64,000 bases of DNA from Candidatus Spongiisociaceae bacterium (GCA_965219685.1 CBDCOH010000002.1:3456001-3520000); one strand, 5' to 3'. Shown: positions 48,146-57,867, numbered from the stretch's first letter. Notes: generated by a model not told the origin, from the sequence alone. Program-made: numbers and translations.

Positions 48146-48235
48146 CGGAGGGAGTGGGATTCGAACCCACGAGGCGCGGTACGCGCCAACACGCTTTCCA
48201 GGCGTGCGCACTAGGCCAGACTATGCGATCCCTCC
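48146..48235 (-). tRNA. tRNA-Ser(GGA)
   Basis: GGAGGGA/TCCCTCC, CACGC-CTGGAAA-GCGTG, long variable arm. Confidence 0.96.
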
Positions 48236-48363
48236 CGGGGCGGTCCCGCCGCGCCACCTGTACCTCCCGGAACAGGAGCACCGCCGACCCGGAGGCGGAA
48301 CCCCGCCAACGGATTCTATAGCGTACCGGAGGCATGCAGTCCGGCCCGCGTCTACACTCTCCG

Positions 48364-48643
48364 GGCGGCCGTGCTACGTGGGGCGCTAGGGGTGTCCTGT
48401 AGCCCGAAACCCTCTACATGCGGGGCGGAATGCCCGCCGAAGGGTGGCGGGGTCCCGTGGTGAGCGGCCGGCACGCGGCGTTGACGGCCAGGTCCTACGC
48501 AGCGGAACGTTCGTGAACCGGGTCAGGTCCGGGAGGAAGCAGCCCTAAGCGAGGCGCTCCGGGTGCCGTGGGAGTGCCGGGCCCGAGTTGGCGACCGGCT
48601 CGCGCCATCGGATCCACATTCGACGGCGGGCTGCTCGGCCGCC
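48364..48643 (+). ncRNA. ffs: SRP RNA, long (Alu-containing) form
   Basis: S-domain TCAGGTCCGGGAGGAAGCAGC at about 48522-48544; terminal stem GGCGGCCG/CGGCCGCC; 5' GCCGTGCTA..GGGG..TAG..GTG.CCTGTA resembles Bacillus scRNA; -10 TACACT at 48353-48358. Confidence 0.85.
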
Positions 48644-48673
48644 TTAAGGCTGTATTACCCGGGTGGTTGGATC

Positions 48674-49138
48674 ATGCTCTGGAACGTTTGGATGGCGGCC
48701 GCCTTGAACGAGGCGTCGAAAGCACCCGAACATGATGACGTACCCGTGGGTGCGGTGCTCGTGGACGCCGGCGGGAAACTGGTGGCGGCCGACCACAACC
48801 GGCGCGAGGAGAGCCAGGACCCCACCGCCCACGCCGAGATACTCGTGCTGTCGGGGGCTGCCCGCCGGGCCGGCTCCTGGCGCCTCGACGGGCATACCCT
48901 CGTCGTCACGCTGGAGCCGTGCGCGATGTGTGCCGGCGCGTCAGTCCAGGCTCGCCTGGAGCGGATCGTCTACGGAGCGCCCGACCTCAAGGCGGGAGCG
49001 GCGTGGAGCCTCTACAACATCCCCCAGGACCGGCGGCTCAACCACCGGCTCGACCTCGTCGCCGGAGTGCTGGAGGACGAGTGCGCCTCCATCCTCACCG
49101 AGTTCTTCTCGGATCTGCGCGGCGGGCGCCAGGCTTGA
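48674..49138 (+). CDS. tadA: tRNA adenosine deaminase
   Basis: DVPVGAV, DPTAHAE, VTLEPCAMC, D.RLNH. Confidence 0.93.
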   Translation: MLWNVWMAAALNEASKAPEHDDVPVGAVLVDAGGKLVAADHNRREESQDPTAHAEILVLSGAARRAGSWRLDGHTLVVTLEPCAMCAGASVQARLERIVYGAPDLKAGAAWSLYNIPQDRRLNHRLDLVAGVLEDECASILTEFFSDLRGGRQA

Positions 49139-49217
49139 TTCGCCGGGCGCGGGGTTCGCCCCGCAAGATGCTCGGCCCGCCCGTCGACCTTCCCCCGCGG
49201 TACAATCCGGCACCCTT

Positions 49218-49307
49218 GGAGGGGTCGCATAGTCTGGCCTAGTGCGCGGCACTCGAAATGCCGTAGGGGGTTACACCTCCTCGTGGGTTCGAATCCCACC
49301 CCCTCCG
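49218..49307 (+). tRNA. tRNA-Ser(CGA)
   Basis: GGAGGGG/CCCCTCC, CGGCA-CTCGAAA-TGCCG; TACAAT at 49201-49206. Confidence 0.96.
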
Positions 49308-49398
49308 CAGCGCAGTGTGCATGGCCGAGGGGCCGTCGTGCGCATAGATCTTGCACGCCCTCGAGTCCAGCCCGGCGGGTCGCCGGCCCGAACCCTTC

Positions 49399-50397
49399 TC
49401 AGGCGCAGATGGGCTGGCGGGCGTTGTCCTCCCACCGGGCGTTCAGCTGCATCGGGGTCACCCCGTCGGCGATGCGGTCCCGGGCGTCCCACCACAGGTT
49501 CGCCCAGTCGTCGGGGTCGGTGAGGACCCGTTCGGGGTGGTCCTTGCTGCGGGCTACGAAGCCCGGGAAGACGGAGCGGCCCGTGGGTTGTCCGATCGGT
49601 TGGTAGCGGAGGTCGAAGCTCCAGCGGATGTCGTCGCTGTGGTTGTCCAGCGACCCGTGCTCGGTCAGCTTGTGGAGCAGGACCGCGCCGCCGGCCGGCA
49701 CCTCCATCGGAATGACCCGGCCGTCGTCGATGATCGACTCGGGAATGTAGATCTCGGCGGGGAAGACCTTGCCAGGACAGTGCAGGGTCATCTTCTCCCG
49801 ATGGCTACCACGCTCGACGATCAGGCAGCCGTTCTCGAGGGTGGCGTCGGTCACGGCGAGCCACACGGTCAGCATGTCGGTGCCATCGGCCTCAGCGTCG
49901 ATGACGGCGGAGTCCTGGTGCCACAGCGTCGCGGCGATGTTGGCGTCGAGGGCCGCCTCCGGCAGACAATGGGCGGGTGGCTTGATGCGGGTGTGCTGGA
50001 CGGGGTTCGAGTAGATCTCCGGCCCGATGACCGACTCCACGATGTCGAGCAGTCGCGGGTTGGTCAGGAGGCCGAACACCGCGGGCCCGGCGTTCATCGT
50101 GTGGGTGTGATCGAGCCCGTCGAACAGCGGCAGCGAGATGTCGAGGTGCTGGTACAGGTCGTACATGTCGTCGAGTTGCTGCATCGCCTCGACGTACTGC
50201 TCGGAGAAGGTTGCCCTTTCGAGCGGGCGGAGCTTGCCTTCGGCGACCAGGTCGGGTGAGACCCGATCCATGATGCCGCAGTACTCGTCCTCGAGGGCCG
50301 CCAGATCAGCTTCGGCGAGTACGTCCTCGACGATCAGGTACCCGTCCTCGCGGAACTGTTCGAGTTGGGTGGCTGTCAATCCGGCCATCGGGGACAC
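49399..50397 (-). CDS. PhyH-family Fe(II)/2OG dioxygenase, paralog 1
   Basis: F.EDGYL, WHQD, VWLA.TDAT.ENGCL, HGS..N.SD.IRWS.D.RY. Confidence 0.9.
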   Translation of the reverse strand: MSPMAGLTATQLEQFREDGYLIVEDVLAEADLAALEDEYCGIMDRVSPDLVAEGKLRPLERATFSEQYVEAMQQLDDMYDLYQHLDISLPLFDGLDHTHTMNAGPAVFGLLTNPRLLDIVESVIGPEIYSNPVQHTRIKPPAHCLPEAALDANIAATLWHQDSAVIDAEADGTDMLTVWLAVTDATLENGCLIVERGSHREKMTLHCPGKVFPAEIYIPESIIDDGRVIPMEVPAGGAVLLHKLTEHGSLDNHSDDIRWSFDLRYQPIGQPTGRSVFPGFVARSKDHPERVLTDPDDWANLWWDARDRIADGVTPMQLNARWEDNARQPICA

Positions 50398-50475
50398 CTC
50401 CTCACCTGTTTGTGCGCGCGACTCTATATCTGTGGGAGCGGAAACAGGGGGTGTATCGCGAAGAAGTCGCCCCGT

Positions 50476-51465
50476 TCAGGCGCAGACGGGGAGCCCGGCA
50501 TTGACGTCCCATCTGGCGTTGAACTGCCAGGGAACCCGGCCGCCTACGATGCGGTCCCTGGCCTGCCACCACAGGGAGGCCCACTCGTCGGCATCGGTGA
50601 GCACCTGCTCAGGATGTGCCGCGCTGCGGGCAATGAACCCGGGGAACACGGAGCGGCCCGTCGGCTGGCCGATCGGTTGGTAGCGGAGGTCGAAACTCCA
50701 GCGTATGTCGTCGCTGCGGTTGTCAAGAGAACCGTGCTCGGTCAGCTTGTGGAGCAGGACGAGCCCACCCGCACCCACCTCTAGCGGGACGACCCGATCG
50801 AAGTCGATGATCGCCTCGGGGATGTAGGTGGTGGCGGAGGCGGCGGTTCCGGGACAGTGCATCGTGAGGTCCTCCCGGTGGCTGGCCCGCTCCGCGATCA
50901 GGCACCCGTTCTCGACGGTGGCGTCCGTGATAGCCAGCCACACGGTCAGCATGTGCGTCTCGTCCGCCTCGGGGTTGATGACGCCCGCGTCCTGGTGCCA
51001 GGTCGTAGCGGCGATGTTGGAGTCGGTGACGGCGTCTGGCAGGGCGTGGACAGGCGGCTTGATCCGGGTGTGCTGGACCGGGTTCGAGTAGATCTCGGGC
51101 CCGATGACAGACTCCGCTATGTCGAGCAGCCGCGGGTTGGTGAGCAGGTCGAACACGGCCGGACCGGCGTTCATGGTGCGGGAGAGGTCGAGTTCCTTCA
51201 CCATCGGCAGGCAGATGTCGAGATGCTGGTAGATGGCGTACATGTCGTCCACCTGCTGCATCGCCTCGACGTAGCGCTCGGAGAAGGTGGCGCCTCGCAG
51301 CGGCGGGATCCGCCCCTGGGCGACCAGACCGGCGGTCACCCGGTCGAGGATCTCCAGGTACTCGTCCTCGATGGCGGCCAGTTCATGCTCGGTGAGCACG
51401 TCTTCCACTACGAGGTACCCGTCCTCGTCGAACCGCTCGAGTTGCCCGACGGTGAGGCCCGCCAT
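50476..51465 (-). CDS. PhyH-family Fe(II)/2OG dioxygenase, paralog 2
   Basis: Same motifs; clearly homologous to paralog 1 along its full length. Confidence 0.9.
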   Translation of the reverse strand: MAGLTVGQLERFDEDGYLVVEDVLTEHELAAIEDEYLEILDRVTAGLVAQGRIPPLRGATFSERYVEAMQQVDDMYAIYQHLDICLPMVKELDLSRTMNAGPAVFDLLTNPRLLDIAESVIGPEIYSNPVQHTRIKPPVHALPDAVTDSNIAATTWHQDAGVINPEADETHMLTVWLAITDATVENGCLIAERASHREDLTMHCPGTAASATTYIPEAIIDFDRVVPLEVGAGGLVLLHKLTEHGSLDNRSDDIRWSFDLRYQPIGQPTGRSVFPGFIARSAAHPEQVLTDADEWASLWWQARDRIVGGRVPWQFNARWDVNAGLPVCA

Positions 51466-51599
51466 CCGCCACCTCCGTTCGTACCGCTCACAAGCAGGCT
51501 ATACAAGGCGCGGCCCGGCTGGGCGCGATTCTCGAGAGTCCCCATCCGGCCGGTGCGTCGATTCAGGTCACCTATCGGCCGTCTGCGATACTCACGACG

Positions 51600-51688
51600 G
51601 GAGGGATGGCCGAGCGGACGAAGGCGTCGGTCTTGAAAACCGATGGGCCCGGTGACGGGTCTCGTGGGTTCGAATCCCACTCCCTCCG
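51600..51688 (+). tRNA. tRNA-Ser(TGA)
   Basis: GGAGGGA/TCCCTCC, TCGGT-CTTGAAA-ACCGA. Confidence 0.96.
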
Positions 51689-51954
51689 CCTGTTATTGCC
51701 GGCACGCCCATCCAGACCGCCATCTCCCCATCTTTGGGTTCACTCGTAGTTCCTGGGGTCCATGAGTTCGGCTGCTCGACCGTCAACGACAGCGGCGCTG
51801 CCAGCGAGCGTGTGCGCCGCGGCCGGAGTTCGGGTCGAGTCCGGCGGAGGGTGGTCGGGCGAAGGTGAGACGACCACCGCTTGTGGCGCGCCGGAAAGGC
51901 TTTCTGCGTGTCGATGGCTGACGGGGCTTGCCGGCGCTGGGGCGGGCCTCGGCT

Positions 51955-52473
51955 TCAACCGAGTTTCGCCAGCAGCTTCTCCAGAGTGTGTCGTTGGCGG
52001 TCGGTCAGTGCGGACAGGAAGTGTTCGCGTTCGGCGGTGCGAGCGATCACGGTCCGTTCCACGCACGCTGCTCCCTCCTCTGTGATCGCGACATGCACCG
52101 AACGGCGGTCATTGGGATGCGGCTCCCGACGGACGTAACCGAGCGCTTCGAGGCGGTCGATCCGGTTGACCACTGTTGCGGTGGACGATTCGAGCCGTGT
52201 CGCCAGTGCCGTGGAGGTCATGGGGCCTGTCGCGACCCGGAGCGCGGAGAGCACTTGATAGTCGTCCTGGTTGGAGAGACCCTCGCGCTTGGCTATCCGG
52301 TCCATCGACTTGGTCAACTCGGCACCGAGCTGCACGATGCGGGCTGCCGGGCCGATCCGGTCGAACCGGGATCCTGGGAGTATCTGCTCCCACTGGTGGA
52401 TCCGCCACTTGACCGGGTCACTCCGGCCCGGTCCGGCAGGAGGCGTCCGTGGTACCCGTGGTGGGGTCGCCAT
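51955..52473 (-). CDS. MarR family transcriptional regulator
   Basis: YQVLSAL, RIDRLE..GYVRR...PNDRRSV.V.IT.EG. Confidence 0.9.
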   Translation of the reverse strand: MATPPRVPRTPPAGPGRSDPVKWRIHQWEQILPGSRFDRIGPAARIVQLGAELTKSMDRIAKREGLSNQDDYQVLSALRVATGPMTSTALATRLESSTATVVNRIDRLEALGYVRREPHPNDRRSVHVAITEEGAACVERTVIARTAEREHFLSALTDRQRHTLEKLLAKLG

Positions 52474-52865
52474 CAGGACGCGGCAACCAGGTAGAACACC
52501 GCGAGCGAAGCCGAGATGACGACACCGGCTTCCGCGCCGTTCGCCAACTGCAGTATCTCGGTGGTCAGACAGAACGCCGCCAAGGCGATGGCGATGGAGG
52601 TGAGGACGGTGGCCTCGACCCGGCGGGTCCGCAAAGTATCCCAGTAGCTGATCACATACCCCAGGTACAGAACGACCATCAGCAGCGCCGCCGGGCTAAG
52701 CCCTCTCCCGTCGACATGCGTGCTGACGAACCCCAACGAAGCGACGACGACAATCCGCCCCATCCAGAGCAGGGATCGCTCTATCGACTCAGCCGGGGTC
52801 CGGACCACCACCTTTCGCCGGACCGACCGGCGATGTCCTGTCATGCTACGCGCAACCATCAGCAT
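52473..52865 (-). CDS. Hypothetical four-TM membrane protein
   Basis: Hydrophobic segments; stop overlaps the MarR start. Confidence 0.6.
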   Translation of the reverse strand: MLMVARSMTGHRRSVRRKVVVRTPAESIERSLLWMGRIVVVASLGFVSTHVDGRGLSPAALLMVVLYLGYVISYWDTLRTRRVEATVLTSIAIALAAFCLTTEILQLANGAEAGVVISASLAVFYLVAAS

Positions 52866-53043
52866 TTCCCAACGTTTTACTAATAGCCATACTACCTAAC
52901 ACGGTGGCGAGATGCCAACCGGCCCGGGGACCGGGATGGGGTGGCCGGTGGCGGAGTCCCAGGAGATACCGCGTTTAGGCTCGCCGCGGGCCTAGGCTAT
53001 GCACAGGAGCCGCGCTTCCCCCTCCTTGGAAGGGGATGCTGGT

Positions 53044-53298
53044 ATGGAAGAAGGAGAGGGTAGACGCCGCCGACTGATGGAGGAGCGGCTGAAACTCGAC
53101 TGGGAGCGGTTCGACCGTGACCAACGCCGTTCCTTTGACCGTCAACTCCTCCGCGCACGGCTTGACACACCGACATCACGTACTGCGACGCCGGCGCCGC
53201 GGGTGAGCGTCACAACCAGACGGATACGCGAATCGCGGGCCGCTGCTCCTGGAGGCAAGCCCTCGGACTCCTGGGGGCGGGGCCGCGAAACCTCATAG
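53044..53298 (+). CDS. Hypothetical small protein
   Basis: AAGGGG before the ATG; charged helical N-half; no recognisable motif. Confidence 0.3.
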   Translation: MEEGEGRRRRLMEERLKLDWERFDRDQRRSFDRQLLRARLDTPTSRTATPAPRVSVTTRRIRESRAAAPGGKPSDSWGRGRETS

Positions 53299-53409
53299 CT
53301 AGCCGCACTCCCCCCTATCGGGGTTTGGGGTCGGCTCCGGGGAGGTATCCGAGCCCCGTCGCCGGAAAGGCTCTGCGTTCGCATCTCGGATGCTTAAAGT
53401 GCTTTCGGG

Positions 53410-55287
53410 ATGCGCCAAGTGTTGTTACATCTTTGTATGGTTGTGATGGCGATCATTGCTTTCTTCCCGGCCGACTCCTTATCGACGGAAGACGCGGCTG
53501 AAACAGACACCGGGCAGCCTGCACCAACGCTCGCTACGTCACCGGCGGCGCTACCGACCGGCATTCCACTCATAACGGACTTGGTGCGAGAAGCGGGGCT
53601 GCCCCCCGTGTTTGCGGCTATTGCCAGATGCGAATCGAACCTCGACCCCGCAGCCGTCCATCTGAACCCGAACGGGTCGAGAGACCATGGCCTGTGGCAG
53701 ATAAACGACCGCTGGTGGGCGCCCCTGTTCGAAGACCTGCACCCATACGACCCGGTGGACAACGCCGCGATGGCAGCAGCGGTGTATGCCGAACAAGGGT
53801 TTTCGGCATGGGAACCCTCGCGATCCTGCTGGGATCAGACTACGACGGCCGTGCAAACGCCGCGCGACTGCGCCCCCTCGATACCGTCCGGATTCCGCCC
53901 GGCACCGACCGATCCGGCGACAGCCTCGCTGGAGCTGTCCGCAGCGGTCTACCGTTGCGCCCGCGAGGTGGGGCTCGCGCCGGTAGAAGATCCCCAGGCT
54001 GCGGTCACTCTGGCGGCTGCGGGTATCGACGGACCTTTGCTGCTGGTCGGCAACCAGTTGACGCTTGGTGTGGTTGCTGAACTCGAACGGCTGGAACCCG
54101 CCACGGTGCTGCTCGCAGGTGTGAGCCAGGACATCGAGCGCTCGCTGGTCGGATACGACCCGCGTGTCCTGGAGGTCGACCGCGGGGCGGTTCTCACCTT
54201 CCCAGCGACGGTGTCCGGAAAACTGATGCTGGTCGGATGGGAGGTCGTGCACCTTCCCGCACCCGCCTCGAATCCGGCGGAGGTCTGGCTGATCAGCCCT
54301 GACATTGCGGCACCGTCGTTAGCCGTCACGGCCGCCAACCTGGGAGCGGTCTTGGTGGTCGCCGATTCCGACCTGCGGACCCTCCCCGGCGAGACCCGCC
54401 GACTGATTGCCCGAGCCGAGACGCTGAGGCTCATGTCCGACCTCGGGCCTGAAGCCGCCTGGCAACTAGACGTCGTCCTGCGAAACGCGGAAATACCCGG
54501 CGGGGGCCTGGTCATGTTCGACGAGACAGACCCGAGACGGCTCGTAGCCCTATACGGGCATCCCACCACCCCTACGCTCGGCGTCCTCGGAGAACAAGAC
54601 CCGGAGGAAGGCATCGAACGGCTCGCCGCGATCACCGCGGGATACGGCGCGGACGATGCCCGGATCCTTCCCACCTTCGAGATCATCGCCACAGTCGCCT
54701 CCGCTGAGGCCGGGGGGGACGGCGACTACTCCGCCGCTACCAGCCGGGAAGTGATCCGCCCCTGGATACGAACAGCCGCCGACAACGGAATCTACGTGGT
54801 GCTCGACCTCCAGCCGGGCCGGACCGACTTCCTAACCCAGGCCAAACTCTACGAAGAGTTCCTACGCCTCCCGCACGTCGGCCTGGCCCTAGATCCCGAG
54901 TGGCGGCTGAAACCGCACCAGGTCCACCTGCAGCAGATAGGCACGGTGGACGCGGAGGAGATCAACAGGGTGGTTTCCTGGCTCGCCGCGATCGTGAGAG
55001 AAGAAGCCCTGCCCCAGAAGCTGCTGATAGTCCACCAGTTCCGACTCTCGATGATCACCAACCGGGCCAGAATCGACACACCCCCCGAACTGGCCGTCGT
55101 CATCCAGATGGACGGGCAAGGAGCTCTGGATCTCAAACACAACACCTGGAACGCACTGACCAGAGACATCGAGAACCCCAGCTTCCGCTGGGGATGGAAG
55201 AACTTCTACGACGAGGACGACCCCAGGGCCACACCCGCGCAAGTCCTGGAACTCACCCCCGTTCCCGTATTCGTCTCCTACCAGTGA
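53410..55287 (+). CDS. Secreted cell-wall protein: lysozyme/transglycosylase-like domain, degenerate wall-binding repeat, conserved C-terminal domain
   Basis: IARCES..D..A...N.NGS.D.GLWQIN..WW; GPLLLV...L....AEL.RL.P; LDLQPGR, GLALDPEW, LIVHQF, GWKNFYDED. Confidence 0.8.
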   Translation: MRQVLLHLCMVVMAIIAFFPADSLSTEDAAETDTGQPAPTLATSPAALPTGIPLITDLVREAGLPPVFAAIARCESNLDPAAVHLNPNGSRDHGLWQINDRWWAPLFEDLHPYDPVDNAAMAAAVYAEQGFSAWEPSRSCWDQTTTAVQTPRDCAPSIPSGFRPAPTDPATASLELSAAVYRCAREVGLAPVEDPQAAVTLAAAGIDGPLLLVGNQLTLGVVAELERLEPATVLLAGVSQDIERSLVGYDPRVLEVDRGAVLTFPATVSGKLMLVGWEVVHLPAPASNPAEVWLISPDIAAPSLAVTAANLGAVLVVADSDLRTLPGETRRLIARAETLRLMSDLGPEAAWQLDVVLRNAEIPGGGLVMFDETDPRRLVALYGHPTTPTLGVLGEQDPEEGIERLAAITAGYGADDARILPTFEIIATVASAEAGGDGDYSAATSREVIRPWIRTAADNGIYVVLDLQPGRTDFLTQAKLYEEFLRLPHVGLALDPEWRLKPHQVHLQQIGTVDAEEINRVVSWLAAIVREEALPQKLLIVHQFRLSMITNRARIDTPPELAVVIQMDGQGALDLKHNTWNALTRDIENPSFRWGWKNFYDEDDPRATPAQVLELTPVPVFVSYQ

Positions 55288-55705
55288 GCCCCTGGGATGG
55301 TGCGAAGGATCGGTTCGGACTCGGACCTGTTCAGTCCGGCCACAGGAGCAAGGCAGTCACCATGGTGAGGCCGACGAGTAGCCAGTGGGTCGGGGCCGGC
55401 CGTACGGTTCGCGTGGGCCACAGATCCCGCACCAGATAGCCGAGGGCGAAGCCGGCGCTGAACGTTCGGAACGCGAGACCGACATACTCCTTTCAGCGAT
55501 CCCACCGAGGGACGACTGGCGGGCCCGCTCGCGCATTCGGCATTGAAGGCCGCGGCCGTGCTGACGCCGGGGAGCGGCGGTCCCTGGTGTTGCTCGGCCC
55601 GGTCCCGCTGCCATGCGCGGCTGCGCACCCGGACCCGCCCCGTCTGGAGCCGTAGTTCGGGGTTCCCCTGGTGCGGTCGCCCGGCTATTCTGAGGCCCCC
55701 TGAAG

Positions 55706-55795
<90 letters not shown>

Positions 55796-56123
55796 GAACG
55801 CCTCGCTGACGGTCCGGTTGCGCCCGGTCCCCGAGGGCCGGCACACGGAACCGACTGTTGGACCCGATTCGAGATCTCCCGAAGGGCAAGCAGAGTCCCT
55901 GTCGTCTTGAGCGGCTTCCAGCCCGTCGGATTGCCTAGGTGGATCTGGCCGGATCAACCATACGTCACGCTGTGGCCCACCTAGCATTGGCTTTCAGCCC
56001 GATCAGGAAGGCCCCGGGATCCGGGGCAGGCACCCTCCGCGGCGAATCGGGCGTCCTGGTCCGGCTGGGGAGGGAAGAGTGCTGTATTGGTCGGTGAGGC
56101 GACGACGGGAAGAGCAGCAAGAG

Positions 56124-56594
56124 ATGTTCGGTCACGCGGCACGCCGGAGGGGTCTACTGGTCTTGCTGGCCATCGTTTCCTCCGGTTGGCTGGTGGGGTG
56201 CGGCGAAGGCGAGGATGACGGCTACTCGACCGCCGATGCGGCGGAGTCTCCGGGGATTTCGGTCAGTGTTCCCGACCTCTCGGACACCGCACTCGACGGC
56301 GCGGAGTTGTTCGGCGCCAACTGCTCGGAGTGCCATGGCGCCAGCGCCGGAGGAACGTCGCAGGGTCCTCCTTTGGTGGACAAGATCTACGAGCCGGGTC
56401 ACCACGCCGACTTCAGTTTTGTCCGCGCCGTCGAGGTGGGATCGCCCCAGCATCACTGGCAGTTCGGCGATATGGATCCCGTCCCCGGTCTGTCACCCGA
56501 GGAGGTGAACAAGATCATCTGCTACGTCCGGGAACTTCAGTACGCCAACGGCATTTTCTCCGATCCGGCGGGTCTGGTCGCCTGCCAGGGCTGA
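56124..56594 (+). CDS. Lipoprotein c-type cytochrome
   Basis: Lipobox LVGC; CSECH; GPPLV..IYEP.HH.D..F, HHW.FG.M. Confidence 0.88.
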   Translation: MFGHAARRRGLLVLLAIVSSGWLVGCGEGEDDGYSTADAAESPGISVSVPDLSDTALDGAELFGANCSECHGASAGGTSQGPPLVDKIYEPGHHADFSFVRAVEVGSPQHHWQFGDMDPVPGLSPEEVNKIICYVRELQYANGIFSDPAGLVACQG

Positions 56595-56674
56595 GATCCG
56601 ATGCGGCATGGGCCGCAGCGAGCTCGAACCCGGACGATAAGATCCCTTGCCCCATCGCTCTGGGAGGAAAAGGC

Positions 56675-57508
56675 ATGCGAAGGAACCGTTTGCGGGAGTT
56701 GCTCGACGCCGACCAGCCTACGTTGGGGACCCACATTCTCAGTTCGTGGCCGTCCATCGTGGAGTTGGTGGGGCTGTCCGGCATGTTCGACTACGTGGAG
56801 TTCGTGGCCGAGTACGGACCCTACGACCTGTACTCGCTGGAAAACCTGGGGCGGGCCGTCGATCTCTTCGACCACATGTCCTCGATGATGAAGATCGAGC
56901 AGGAGCCGCGCACGTACCTGGCCGTGAGGGCGCTCGGTTCCGGGATCCAGAACGTCCTCTTCTCCGATCCCAGGACGGTCGAGGACGTGGAGGAGTGCGT
57001 GAGCGCGGTCCGGGCCGAAGCCCCGGGCTCGGGCGGGCGGCACGGGGTCGGGATGCGCCGCGACGTGGGGCTGGTGCTGGAGGCCGGCACCCCGGCCTTC
57101 GTCGAGGCGCTCGACAGGGCGGTAGTGGCCCTCATGATCGAGAAGGACGACGCGGTGGAGAACCTGGAGGCGCTGCTCTCGGTCGGAGGGGTCGACATGG
57201 TCCAGTTCGGACCCGCCGACTACTCGATGAGCGTCGGACTCGCCGGGCAGTTCGACCACCCCCGGGTCCGCGAGGCGGAGGAGCACGTGATCGCCACCGC
57301 CCTGCGGATGGGGATCGCCCCCCGAGCCGAACTCAGGGGCAGGGAGGGTATGGAACGGTACCTGGATCTCGGCGTCAAGCACTTCTGCATCGGCACCGAC
57401 GTGAAGATCCTGTTCGACTGGCTAACCGGCACGGGCGGGAGGATCATCGAGCTCCTGGGCCGGGAGCCGCCCGGTTCGGTCCGCACATCGGGACGTTATT
57501 CACGTTGA
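56675..57508 (+). CDS. HpcH/HpaI aldolase family protein
   Basis: GFDYV..AEY-like motif, ALMIE, FGPADYS; GGAGG RBS. Confidence 0.88.
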   Translation: MRRNRLRELLDADQPTLGTHILSSWPSIVELVGLSGMFDYVEFVAEYGPYDLYSLENLGRAVDLFDHMSSMMKIEQEPRTYLAVRALGSGIQNVLFSDPRTVEDVEECVSAVRAEAPGSGGRHGVGMRRDVGLVLEAGTPAFVEALDRAVVALMIEKDDAVENLEALLSVGGVDMVQFGPADYSMSVGLAGQFDHPRVREAEEHVIATALRMGIAPRAELRGREGMERYLDLGVKHFCIGTDVKILFDWLTGTGGRIIELLGREPPGSVRTSGRYSR

Positions 57509-57582
57509 GGCCCGCCCGCCCGGCGGCACCTAACGGCCGACCCTCGGCATTGGAACCACTGCTCCAAGGTCGCGAAAAGTGG

Positions 57583-57659
57583 CAGACAACGGACACCCGA
57601 CAATGGCCCACGGCCCACGGCTAACGGCCAACCGACAACCGACAACGGCCAACCGACAA
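57583..57659 (+). repeat. Degenerate heptamers (C[C/G]G[A/C]CAA), about 11 units
   Basis: CAGACAA CGGACAC CCGACAA TGGCCCA CGGCCCA CGGCTAA CGGCCAA CCGACAA... Confidence 0.85.
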
Positions 57660-57734
57660 CGGAAGGTTCCGGGTTTCGGTTCCCGTGTACCGCGACTACC
57701 GTTGTCATTACATATAGGTCCGACCTGAGACTGT

Positions 57735-57811
57735 GCGGCCGTAGCTCAAATGGACAGAGCGTCTGACTACGGATCAGAAGGTTGGGGGTTCGAGTCCTCC
57801 CGGCCGCGCCA
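57735..57811 (+). tRNA. tRNA-Arg(ACG)
   Basis: GCGGCCG/CGGCCGC, TCTGA-CTACGGA-TCAGA, encoded CCA. Confidence 0.97.
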
Positions 57812-57838
57812 TGCCGAGCCCGCTTGCGGGTTCTCTCA

Positions 57839-57867
57839 TTGACGGCTCCGCACAGATCCCATATACT
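57839..57867 (+). promoter_or_regulatory. Sigma70-type promoter of the str operon
   Basis: TTGACG-17 nt-TATACT. Confidence 0.8.

Larger units (their letters stand above)
46231..48154. mobile_element. Decayed integrative element at the tRNA-Ser(GGA) 3' end
   Basis: 11-bp direct repeat GGCGGAGGGAG at 46231-46241 and 48144-48154 (tRNA 3' end) encloses an integrase remnant and one cargo gene. Confidence 0.6.

Noticed and set aside
51600-51688. tRNA-Sec
   Set aside because: The anticodon is UGA (reads Ser UCA), not UCA, and the acceptor stem is the standard 7 bp.
51843-51851. GGCGGAGGG matching the tRNA-Ser(TGA) 3' end as an att site
   Set aside because: Only 9 bp, inverted relative to the tRNA, and no integrase nearby.
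55330-55495. Minus-strand hydrophobic frame (…FSAGFALGYLVRDLW…WLLVGLTMVTALLLWPD)
   Set aside because: No start codon before the hydrophobic stretch and no recognisable family; possibly a gene remnant but not supportable.
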